This document shows, piece after piece, positions 16,722 through 24,357 of a DNA stretch of 24,357 nucleotides (position 1 is the first letter of the stretch; each line of letters starts with the position of its first letter). Source of the DNA: Candidatus Fermentibacteraceae bacterium (GTDB lineage Bacteria; Fermentibacterota; Fermentibacteria; Fermentibacterales; JCC-6); NCBI GenBank assembly GCA_041686025.1, contig JAWLEP010000012.1, positions 42,327-66,683 on the forward strand. Reading direction: 5' to 3'. Below the pieces are notes generated by a model. The model saw only the letters and a program-made list of their open reading frames with translations, searched no databases and was not told the origin of the DNA. A program made the position numbers and the translations under genes.

Positions 16722-18176
16722 GTGCTCATGCTCTCCCTCCTGCTCCTCGGCCTTGTTGCCGAACCTCCCGGCATCCTGTGGACGGCTTGCCCCGCCGGCC
16801 AGATGGTGGCAGTGGAGCCCGCCGGCGATGTGGACGGCGACGGCACCGACGATGTCTTCGCCGCCGCATCGGAATCGTCCGGCTACGGGATCAGGTGTCT
16901 CAGCGGGTTGAGCGGCGAGGTGATCTGGCAGAACGACAGCCTGGCCGGGGCGCTTTCCACCGACTGCTTCAGAGCCACTGCGGACGCCGACCTCGACGGC
17001 GTGGCCGATATCGCGCTCGCAACCGAGTACCCGGACGCCGTCTCCCTCCTGTCCGGAGCCAGCGGAGAGCTGATCTGGACTGCGCCGCAGGACCATCCCC
17101 TGGCGTTCGTCCAGCAGTCGTCCGGGCCGGGCACCGGTGACGCAGCCGTACTGTGCAGCAGGACCTATCCCGGCAACTACTGCACCTTCTTCGCCCTGGA
17201 CGGCCAGGACGGGTCGGAGCTGTGGGCCGGCAGTCAGCTGGCAACCCTCGATGACTGGATCAGGGTCACTGACTCCGACGTCTCCGGAAACGGCTGGTCC
17301 GAGATGGGCTACTCGATGGACAGGGGAAGCGTGATGAACGGCTGCGTCACGGTCCGCGACGGCTACACCGGCGAAATCCTGCAGAGCTCCATTACAATGT
17401 ACTACGGGACCATGGACATCTGCGACTCCTCTCCGGTGGCCTGCATGGCCGTATGCAGTTGGGGGGACTATCCCACCATGTGGCTCGATTATCTGACTTC
17501 CGGAGTCAACGTCTGGGACAGTAACGACCTCTACTTCCAGAACCTCTGCTTCACCCCGAACATTACCGGGGGATCTACGCCCTATCCCGAGATAGTCGGC
17601 TGGTACGGAAGTGAGATGACGCTGATCAGGGGAGACGACGGGTTCTACCAGGACTCCTACCAGTTCCCCGCCAGCATCAAGTCCTTCGACTTCTTCTGGA
17701 CGGACTGGTCGTGCAAGGTGGCCCTTGTCACATCCGGCTGCTTCTACTGCCCCGACCTCGAGTTCGCGTCTCCCTCCATCGAACCCCATGTAGACTTGCC
17801 CAGCGGCGGCGGATGCGACCTCTGCCTGCTGGATTCCGACCTCTACCCCACCCCCATCGCGGCGGTGGCGATGGATGCCAGCGGCTGCGGGGTCTGCGCC
17901 ATCCGCACCTCCTGGCCGGAGGGGATTCAGCAGCGGGCCTCAGCACCGGTGAATCCCAGCTTCCGGCTGCGGGCAAACCCCGGATACGGCGGCATCAGCC
18001 TGCGTCTGGACGAGCCCCCCCTGTACGCATCGGTGCTCGACATCTCAGGCAGGACCGTAGGAGAAATACGCCAGACCGCACCCGGCCCGCTCTTCCTTCC
18101 CCTGCCTGCGGGTGTCTATCACATCGTGGACAAGGACACCGGCTGCGGCAGCACCAGAGCCGTTGTCCTGCCCTAG
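16722..18176 (+). CDS. Secreted FG-GAP/PQQ-like beta-propeller protein with short T9SS-like C-terminal domain
   Basis: Hydrophobic N-terminus; repeated DVDGDG/DLDGV/DVSGNG Ca-binding loops and SG.SGE.IW / DG..G..LW blades; C-terminal VLDISGR...LPAGVY. Confidence 0.8.
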   Translation: MLMLSLLLLGLVAEPPGILWTACPAGQMVAVEPAGDVDGDGTDDVFAAASESSGYGIRCLSGLSGEVIWQNDSLAGALSTDCFRATADADLDGVADIALATEYPDAVSLLSGASGELIWTAPQDHPLAFVQQSSGPGTGDAAVLCSRTYPGNYCTFFALDGQDGSELWAGSQLATLDDWIRVTDSDVSGNGWSEMGYSMDRGSVMNGCVTVRDGYTGEILQSSITMYYGTMDICDSSPVACMAVCSWGDYPTMWLDYLTSGVNVWDSNDLYFQNLCFTPNITGGSTPYPEIVGWYGSEMTLIRGDDGFYQDSYQFPASIKSFDFFWTDWSCKVALVTSGCFYCPDLEFASPSIEPHVDLPSGGGCDLCLLDSDLYPTPIAAVAMDASGCGVCAIRTSWPEGIQQRASAPVNPSFRLRANPGYGGISLRLDEPPLYASVLDISGRTVGEIRQTAPGPLFLPLPAGVYHIVDKDTGCGSTRAVVLP

Positions 18177-18357
18177 AGCGCTTATTCGGAAGCCATTGAG
18201 GCACACAGCGTATACTCCAGTGCAATCTTAAGGAGGCGGAAACCGCGCGGGCCACGGGAGTAAGCGGGCGGCACTACCATCCATATGGACTTGCTCGCAT
18301 ACAGCCGCGTGTTGGCCGAATGCGATCCAATGCGGTGCTGCCGGATACGGCCCCCGT

Positions 18358-19953
18358 TCACCTCAGCAGCATCAGCCTGCCGAGGTCCACGGTTCCCTCC
18401 GCTTGCAGCCGCAGCAGGTAGACTCCGCAGGGCACCTGCTCACCCGAAGCGTCCCGGCCGTCCCAGACCGCGTCGTGTCGGCCCGCAGCCACCGGCCCGT
18501 CGACCAGTGCGGCAACCAGGCGTCCCTGCAGGTCGTAGACGGCCAGGCTGGCCGAAGATCCTCCCGCGGGCACAACGTATTCGATTACGGCCATGGACCC
18601 GAATGGGTTGGGGCGGCAGCCGTCTAGCCTCGCGGCCGGCGGCCGGCGGCGGAGGGTCTGCCCCACCGACGTAGCGGCCTTCTCGATGCTGACCTGGTAG
18701 TGGAACAGCTGCTCGGCCCCCTCGAACGCCTCTGGAAGGGAACCCACGATCAGGCAGAGGGCCGTATCCGCTTCGGTGACCTCCACCGATACGCTGCCCT
18801 CCGTATCACCCGTCATCTCCAGGTCGTAGATGCTTGCTCCGGTGATAGCGTTTCGCACCAATACTCTGCCCAGGAAGTACGAGGGTTCGCCCTCGCTGCC
18901 CAGGGAATCGCCGACCAGATGGAAGCTGTAGGCGGCGTCGGACTGGTTGAGGACCTTGTAGGTGTTGAAGGACCAGGCGGTAGTAGTCAGGGAGTCCGGA
19001 GGCGAGTACCAGCCCCCCGAGCCGCTGTCGAGGTAGACCTGCACGAACTCGTTGTCGTCATCCGGGTCTGCATAGGCCTCCCACTCCTCCTCCGCGGTCT
19101 CACGCTGGGAGGGAAGTATGAAATCGAAGTCGTTGGTCATGTGCGCGGCCCAGTCCATGAAATGCTCCCGCAGCTCCTCCCCGCCCACCTCCGCGCAAAG
19201 GTACTCCTGCGGCAGAAGCATCTGCAGCTCATCGCCGTTGTAGAAGCCGTCACAGACGACGGAGGTGGGCACTCCCACCTCCTCGGTGAGGTAGAAGAGA
19301 AAGAGCGCCATGGCGTACTGGTGAACGTAGCGCTGCCAGTTCTCCGGGTAGTACCCGGGGAAGTTGTCGTACCCAAGCCACATTGCCACCTGGGGTATCC
19401 TGACCAGGGACTCGGCCTCCAGGAATGCGTTGGGCACACAGGGATACCGCTTGGCGGCGAACCAGTTCGCAGAAGCCTCTATGTACCAGAACACGTCCAC
19501 GTCATCGAAGCCCGGGGCGTCGCTGCTGTACTGAAAGACATGGAAGCTCTCGTGACTTATGGTCATCCAATTGCCCAGCACCCCTATGGGCAGTGTCATG
19601 TAGGGATAGCCGTAGCAGTCCGTTCCCACACCGCAAGCCCAGCCGTCGGGGAAGACATCCCCCTCTTCATGTAGATAGACATTGAAGTAATAGCCGTCCT
19701 GCGGGTTCGGGGGGTCCTCCATCTCCAGGGAATCCAGACAGGTCTGGCGGTAGGCCGACATGCTGTCGAGCAGCACGGCGGCCTCCTCGGACAGGTCGTT
19801 CTGGATGTCCCACCAAACCAGGAATATTCCCTGGGCCATCATGTCGCAGCTCAGCGGGTCGCCGAATTCGCTCTGCACCATGTACCCGGGCTCGGTCTGA
19901 GCATCGGCGGTTTCCGCAGGCGCAAGCGCGGCGAGACACAGGAATACCGTCAT
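18358..19953 (-). CDS. Secreted putative zinc metallopeptidase (HExxH...E) with FlgD/T9SS-like C-terminal domain
   Basis: ISHESFHVFQY...WYIEASANW (gluzincin-like); CTD RPNPF...VYDLQGRLV...WDGRD..G..V..GVY. Start ATG 19953, or TTG 19986 which has AGGAG upstream. Confidence 0.8.
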   Translation of the reverse strand: MTVFLCLAALAPAETADAQTEPGYMVQSEFGDPLSCDMMAQGIFLVWWDIQNDLSEEAAVLLDSMSAYRQTCLDSLEMEDPPNPQDGYYFNVYLHEEGDVFPDGWACGVGTDCYGYPYMTLPIGVLGNWMTISHESFHVFQYSSDAPGFDDVDVFWYIEASANWFAAKRYPCVPNAFLEAESLVRIPQVAMWLGYDNFPGYYPENWQRYVHQYAMALFLFYLTEEVGVPTSVVCDGFYNGDELQMLLPQEYLCAEVGGEELREHFMDWAAHMTNDFDFILPSQRETAEEEWEAYADPDDDNEFVQVYLDSGSGGWYSPPDSLTTTAWSFNTYKVLNQSDAAYSFHLVGDSLGSEGEPSYFLGRVLVRNAITGASIYDLEMTGDTEGSVSVEVTEADTALCLIVGSLPEAFEGAEQLFHYQVSIEKAATSVGQTLRRRPPAARLDGCRPNPFGSMAVIEYVVPAGGSSASLAVYDLQGRLVAALVDGPVAAGRHDAVWDGRDASGEQVPCGVYLLRLQAEGTVDLGRLMLLR

Positions 19954-20172
19954 CCGAGTACCGCCAATGGAAACGCCATTTGCCAACGTCTCGGCTCTCC
20001 TTCGCTGCATCGACTCGGCTCGATGGCACCCGGCAACCGGCCGTATGCCAACCCGCACAAGAGAATGATAGCGCACCCTCCTACGATCTCAAACAGCGCC
20101 CCGCCACTCGGAGCGGAGAGCCTTGCCATAGTCCGCCCCGGCACTTTCCCCCAACCGCGCTATCACGGGAAA

Positions 20173-20271
20173 GCCAGACCCAACCCCAAACGAATCAGTC
20201 CCAAAGCGCTTCCACTGCTATCAAAAGCGTCAAATGGGCGTATCGAACCCGCGGCATACCGCAATCCTGTG
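20173..20271 (+). pseudogene. Fragment of an HTH (ParB/KorB-like) gene homologous to the one at the window end
   Basis: ARPNPKRISPKALPLLSKASNGRIEPAAYRNP aligns gap-free (13/32 identical) with TKPNSRRTAPISLLLLTATLIEQVEPKTYRNP at 24088-24183; similarity stops before the HTH. Confidence 0.55.
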
Positions 20272-20278
20272 CCGACCA

Positions 20279-20320
20279 TTGACAAAAGCCAAGGGTATGA
20301 CCGGGGGTAATACCGGAGGT
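20279..20320 (+). promoter_or_regulatory. TA promoter/operator region
   Basis: TTGACA at 20279; inverted repeat GGTATGACC-GGG-GGTAATACC (20294-20314, one mismatch); RBS GGAGGT at 20315-20320. Confidence 0.6.
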
Positions 20321-20326
20321 GATCTC

Positions 20327-20569
20327 ATGGGCAGTGCAAAGATCGCGATCAGCTTGGACGAGAAGATGCTGAAGCTGCTGGATGATCTTGTATCGAGGTC
20401 TGAGTTTGCAAGTCGCAGTGGCGCAATACAGGCTGCAATCGGAGAGATGCTCGAACGCAAGCTGGGCAACAGACTCGCAAGGGAATGCAAGAAACTGAAT
20501 CCAGAAGAGGAGATGGCAATTGCAGAAGAGGGCATGAACAGTGAGCTGGACTCATGGCCCGAATACTGA
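20327..20569 (+). CDS. Ribbon-helix-helix (CopG-like) antitoxin
   Basis: MGSAKIAISLD...SRSGAIQAAI RHH pattern, acidic C-tail, overlaps the toxin start. Confidence 0.88.
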   Translation: MGSAKIAISLDEKMLKLLDDLVSRSEFASRSGAIQAAIGEMLERKLGNRLARECKKLNPEEEMAIAEEGMNSELDSWPEY

Positions 20570-20895
20570 GGGGAGATATCTACTGGGCCGACCTCATCAG
20601 TCCTGCAGTAGGTCATGAGCAGGCTGGCAGGCGCCCTGTACTGGTAATCAGTCAGGACATCTTCAACGAGAAATCGGGTACCGTGATAGCAATGGCTCTC
20701 ACCGGCAGCAGGCCGAGAGCGGGTTACCCATTAACTTATCATCTGACTGGAGTATCCCTCCCGAAGGAATCCTGGGTGAAGATCAGCCGGATAAGGACGC
20801 TTTCGGTCAAGCGCATCGGTCGTTGGCTGGCCAGGATCGACCCGGAGAAGCTCAAGGACATATTAGCCGGCCTGAACGAGATAATCGGAGGCTGA
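20554..20895 (+). CDS. Type II toxin, PemK/MazF endoribonuclease
   Basis: RGDIYWADL..GHEQAGRRPVLVIS...IRTLS..RI. Confidence 0.93.
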   Translation: MARILRGDIYWADLISPAVGHEQAGRRPVLVISQDIFNEKSGTVIAMALTGSRPRAGYPLTYHLTGVSLPKESWVKISRIRTLSVKRIGRWLARIDPEKLKDILAGLNEIIGG

Positions 20896-20945
20896 CAACC
20901 AGATGCAGCAGAGCCGGAATGGCCTGATCGGCGTGGTCTGCCATT
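20890..20945 (+). mobile_element. Degenerate left arm of an attC-like site
   Basis: GGCTGAC-AACCA-GATGCAGC fits R''-spacer-L'' geometry with AAC changed to GAC, overlapping the toxin stop; no complementary right arm found. Confidence 0.35.
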
Positions 20946-20982
20946 TCTTCGTGATCTATGGCCGGGATATCTTCGACGAGAG

Positions 20983-21355
20983 GGATTTGCAACTTCCTAG
21001 CTGAGGCCTCTGAGGAGAAGTTAATCAGTCAGATCGTGACGGTGTGAGGTCCCGGTGGGGAGCGCCGGATATCCTGACCCCGCCCGTGCCGCTCGAGCTG
21101 GTCTGCGAGCCTGATGTGGACTACGTGCCCTGGCGGGGCGATGTGCCGGAGATCGAGATTGGCTGAGAACCGCCCGGCTGAGGGTGAAGCTGCGCCTCAA
21201 GGGCGCTTCTGCACAAGACTTTAGCCAGGGATGTTCGTTGACCGGCTGCGGGAAGCCGGATATGCTACAAAGCGGTGACGGTTCTGACTAGAGAGCGCAC
21301 TGCGGAGCCGGGTTCGGGAAGAGAGTGCAAAGGGAGCAAAATCCGGTTTCCCATT
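20983..21355 (+). mobile_element. Possible IS91/ISCR-family remnants
   Basis: TTTGCAACTTCCTA (20986-20999) resembles the ISCR oriIS end; short frame ...PPVPLELVCEPDVDYVPWRGDVPEIEIG* (stop 21164-21166) resembles the Pro/acidic C-tail of Y2 transposases. Confidence 0.3.
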
Positions 21356-21366
21356 GCATGGGCTGA

Positions 21367-22551
21367 ATGATCCGACCGGTTAGGAATGTCGGAGCAATGT
21401 TCTCAGGCAAGCCCAGGATTCTGCACATAGCTCCACAGAATTTCACCGGTGTCCTGCCGTACTTCACTAGAGGTCATCGAGCTCTGGGGTACGACAGTAG
21501 ATTGGTCACCTTCTTCCGAGCCAAGAGCATCTACGAAGAGGACATATGCCTTGATCTGCCCTTCGTGGGGCCCATGGAGTGGCTGTGGACACTGAAGCGC
21601 CTTCTCGGGGTGGGCAGCATGAAAGTCCCCTTCACCGGCTCACTGGAGAGGAGATTCTGGCGTCCAAGCCTCCTTGAAGCACCTCTTCAGCGACTGCGCG
21701 ACATCATATGGGCACCACTTGTAGGGAGAGCTGCCAGGGAATTCGGCCTATGGGACTATGACATCTATCACTTCGAGGGTGGAGTGAGCTTCTTCCGTGA
21801 TGGACATGACGTCAAAAAGCTGAAACGATCCGGAAAGAAGATCGTCTCCTACTACCATGGGCTGGACCTGAGGATGCGGGGTGCGATAAGACCGATATGG
21901 GAAGCTACGGATCTACACCTGACCTGTGAGTTCGACCTCTTCCAGCGCTACCCGGAGCTGGAATATCAATTCCTGCCCTTCGACCCAGATAGTGTACCGT
22001 CCGCCCGGCCATCCGAAGGGAAGGTGAGGATATGCCATGCTCCCAGATTGCCCACGGTAAAGGGCACCTCATCGATTGTAAGGGCCGTGGAAGATGTAGC
22101 CAGCGAGCTTCCCGTCGAGCTTGTCCTGATCCAGAACCGGACACACAGCAAGACACTGGAGCTCAAGTCCACCTGTCATATAGCCATTGACCAGATTGCC
22201 AGGGGTGACATGGGGTATGGAGTGAACTCCCTGGAAAGCCTATCGATGGGGCTCTGCACCGTAACGAACCTCTCACACGCTTACCAGGATTTCATTCCCG
22301 ATCATCCCTTCGCCCTTGCATCTCCGGAGAGCCTTCGTAGTGTTCTCAGAGAGCTTGTACTCGATTCAGAGCTCAGGCAGAGGCATGCGTCCATGGGAAG
22401 AAAGTGGATCGAGAAGCACCATCACTGGCTTGAGGTGGCAAAACAGATACACCAAAGATACAGAAGCCTGGGCTGGATGAATACTCCAGATGATGGGGAG
22501 GATCCGAGTCAATCGGAGGATCAGCATGAGCTGAAGACGGATAAGGGATGA
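21367..22551 (+). CDS. GT-B fold glycosyltransferase (GT4-like)
   Basis: ILHIA N-terminal strand; CHAP...KGT; HIAIDQI...YGVNSLESLSMG; GRKWIEKHH; alternative start 21397. Confidence 0.8.
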   Translation: MIRPVRNVGAMFSGKPRILHIAPQNFTGVLPYFTRGHRALGYDSRLVTFFRAKSIYEEDICLDLPFVGPMEWLWTLKRLLGVGSMKVPFTGSLERRFWRPSLLEAPLQRLRDIIWAPLVGRAAREFGLWDYDIYHFEGGVSFFRDGHDVKKLKRSGKKIVSYYHGLDLRMRGAIRPIWEATDLHLTCEFDLFQRYPELEYQFLPFDPDSVPSARPSEGKVRICHAPRLPTVKGTSSIVRAVEDVASELPVELVLIQNRTHSKTLELKSTCHIAIDQIARGDMGYGVNSLESLSMGLCTVTNLSHAYQDFIPDHPFALASPESLRSVLRELVLDSELRQRHASMGRKWIEKHHHWLEVAKQIHQRYRSLGWMNTPDDGEDPSQSEDQHELKTDKG

Positions 22552-23504
22552 TAACTGAGATCTCGGTAATAATGCCCGTCAGGAACGGGGGCGACAGCTT
22601 CCGCAGAACGCTTGTCTCGCTCGAGTCTCAGGACCTGCGCGATGGCTCGTGGGAGGCCATTATCGTCGACGATGGAAGCAGCCAGCCCGTTGAGCACGAG
22701 TTTGCCCGTGAGCTTTCTGCTGAATTCCCCAAGAAGATCCTTAGGCTGGAGGGTAAAGGCAATCGGCCAAGAGCTCGCAACATCGGCCTCGAGGCTTCCA
22801 GCGGCAGTGCGATCCTGATGATGGATGCCGACCTCGAGTTCGATGAGGATCTTGTATACGCCCATCTTCTCCATCACAGAAGGAAAACTGCGGATGTAAT
22901 AATGGGAGCGCGTGTCGATGCCTGGCAGGACACTCCCAGCAGATTCCACAAATGGGCCGACTCGAGAGCCATGGGAGGCAGGCCGGCCGGACCGTTTCCA
23001 TGGCGCTACTGCATTACAGGCAATCTGAGCCTGAGAAAGGCCCTTCTAGAAAGCATCGGCGGCTCGGATGAGAACATCGTCACTTACGGAGGCGAAGACA
23101 CGGAGCTGGGTTACAGATTCATGAGGGCAGGCGCGACCTTCCATTGGGACCCGGACATTCGAGTCAATCACCTCAATACGATCACTCTCGAGCGGTACGT
23201 CAGAAGGATGTTCGAGTACGGAAAGGGCAATCTCAGATACCTGCTCGAAAAACACCCTGGTATGGGGAATCTCCTGGGTAACCAATGGGCTCTACCCCTC
23301 TTTGCCCGGCCGCGAGGAACACTTACTATCGTGATGAGACTGGTGACACGAATAACCCTACAGCCCTGGCTCTACAGGTTGGTCCTAAGATGGATGAACC
23401 GGTTCGGAATGCCGGGTTTTCTCTTCACATATCTGTCTGTTGGCGGCTGTATCCTGGGGCTGCAGGACAGGGATTTTGCACAATGTACAGGATTGTACGC
23501 ATGA
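22548..23504 (+). CDS. GT2 family glycosyltransferase
   Basis: ISVIMPVRN, IIVDDGS, ARNIG, MMDAD, GGSDE..YGGEDTELGYR; ATGA overlap with the upstream GT. Confidence 0.9.
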   Translation: MITEISVIMPVRNGGDSFRRTLVSLESQDLRDGSWEAIIVDDGSSQPVEHEFARELSAEFPKKILRLEGKGNRPRARNIGLEASSGSAILMMDADLEFDEDLVYAHLLHHRRKTADVIMGARVDAWQDTPSRFHKWADSRAMGGRPAGPFPWRYCITGNLSLRKALLESIGGSDENIVTYGGEDTELGYRFMRAGATFHWDPDIRVNHLNTITLERYVRRMFEYGKGNLRYLLEKHPGMGNLLGNQWALPLFARPRGTLTIVMRLVTRITLQPWLYRLVLRWMNRFGMPGFLFTYLSVGGCILGLQDRDFAQCTGLYA

Positions 23505-23537
23505 TGGATGCGAAACGGGCCTGGATGCAGGGGGCCC

Positions 23538-24087
23538 TTACCAGGGATACGTGATCCCGACCGAAAGCACTGGGTAGATATTCAGATCTTCCAGCTCCTT
23601 GTTCAGTGAATCCGCCTCCAAAGCAAGATCTTCCGCCAGCTGCCCTTCCAGCTCGGCAGGTAGATTCCCGCCTTCATGGCCGAGGCTCGCATAGAAGGAG
23701 GTGAACGCTACCCCCGCATCAAGGGTAGCCCTAATTCCCGGAGAGCCTCCGGCGTACCGTCCGAGACCTGCTCCGAGGTAGGTCGACTTTACTGGCATAT
23801 CCACCTCTCCCACTACAATGCCAACGTCCTCCGGTGTATATGTATGCCCGCCCAGCTCAACGGTGACCTCCGGTTCACAGGTAGCGTCGATGGAGCTCCC
23901 GTTTATCAGAAACCCACCAGTATTTCGGAACAGAGAGCCGCCCGGGTTGTAGTCCAGAAGCATGGGAAACCAGTGCAGGCTCACCTCCGTGTCGTAGGTA
24001 AGAGTGTCCACGTCCTGCTTCTTGTCAAAAGAAAGAAAGCCCGCGCAAAGTGACAGAGCTGCATATGCGTTTGGGAATGGCTGGTAC
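23538..24087 (-). pseudogene. 5'-truncated outer-membrane beta-barrel protein
   Basis: LLDYNPGGSLFR..GFLING, YLGAG.G, LDAGVAF, C-terminal YPVLSVGITYPW (aromatic beta-signal). No signal peptide; the upstream DNA belongs to the opposite-strand HTH gene. Confidence 0.55.
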
Positions 24088-24357
24088 ACCAAACCCAACT
24101 CCAGGCGAACCGCCCCCATCTCCCTCCTGCTGCTCACCGCAACTCTGATCGAACAGGTCGAGCCCAAGACCTACCGTAACCCGATCATCTACGCCCGAGA
24201 AATCAGGGACGAGATGAAGAGACTCGGGCTCAGCCGCAGAGAGATAGGCAAGCGCCTGGGGGTTTCTGCCGACAGGATCACTCAGTGGCTATGCCTGCTG
24301 AAGCTGCCGGAGGAGAAACTCCGGGAGATAGAGGGGCTGGGGGACTACTGGGAGAGG
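24088..24357 (+). pseudogene. ParB/KorB-like HTH protein fragment (5' end missing; runs off the window)
   Basis: Not in ORF track: ...PKTYRNPIIYAREIRDEMKRLGLSRREIGKRLGVSADRITQWLCLLKLPEEKLREIEGLGDYWER. The HTH pattern LGVS..RITQ.L.LLKL is clear. Confidence 0.6.

Noticed and set aside
18211..18250. TATACT and perfect TAAGGAGG after the propeller gene
   Set aside because: No start codon at usable spacing and no matching -35; at most a decayed gene start
18240..18317. Possible attC on the minus strand after the peptidase gene (GGCCAAC-ACGCG…GTT)
   Set aside because: Pairing too degenerate and R boxes do not match; not supportable without a covariance model
20023..20310. 95-aa ORF as an intact gene
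   Set aside because: Only the central part resembles the HTH-family fragment; it runs into the TA promoter and lacks an RBS
1..24357. CRISPR arrays, tRNA/rRNA genes, intact transposases or integrases
   Set aside because: No regularly spaced repeats, RNA-gene signatures or full recombinase ORFs seen by eye

Overview
Window from a very GC-rich, LPS-producing (diderm) bacterium. The mix of T9SS/FlgD-like C-terminal domains and a C-terminal TTWGxIK motif suggests an FCB-associated candidate lineage such as Fermentibacterota; this is inference, not a database result. Positions 1-16.5 kb are mostly core genome: a DUF5320 tail, a 2H phosphoesterase, dusB, a LysM/TPR lipoprotein and an NYN ribonuclease. 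They are followed by a tightly packed minus-strand run: ddl, ltaE, gnnA-like dehydrogenase, lpxB, a DUF374 (LpxJ-like acyltransferase)::WaaA fusion, lpxK, nadB, NlpC/P60, DUF202, a GH85 endo-beta-N-acetylglucosaminidase and a small Cys-tailed protein. Positions 15.8-20 kb encode three secreted acidic proteins carrying two different C-terminal sorting-type signals. Two of them are driven by back-to-back promoters that are sequence-related inverted copies. Positions ~20-24.4 kb are a visibly lower-GC mosaic: an RHH/MazF toxin-antitoxin pair with an operator and an attC-like left arm, possible IS91/ISCR debris, two glycosyltransferases, a 5'-truncated beta-barrel gene, and two divergent fragments of the same HTH gene bracketing the segment. 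Best leads are the DUF374-WaaA lipid A fusion, the TTWGSIK sorting motif alongside T9SS-like CTDs, and the mirrored promoter pair.
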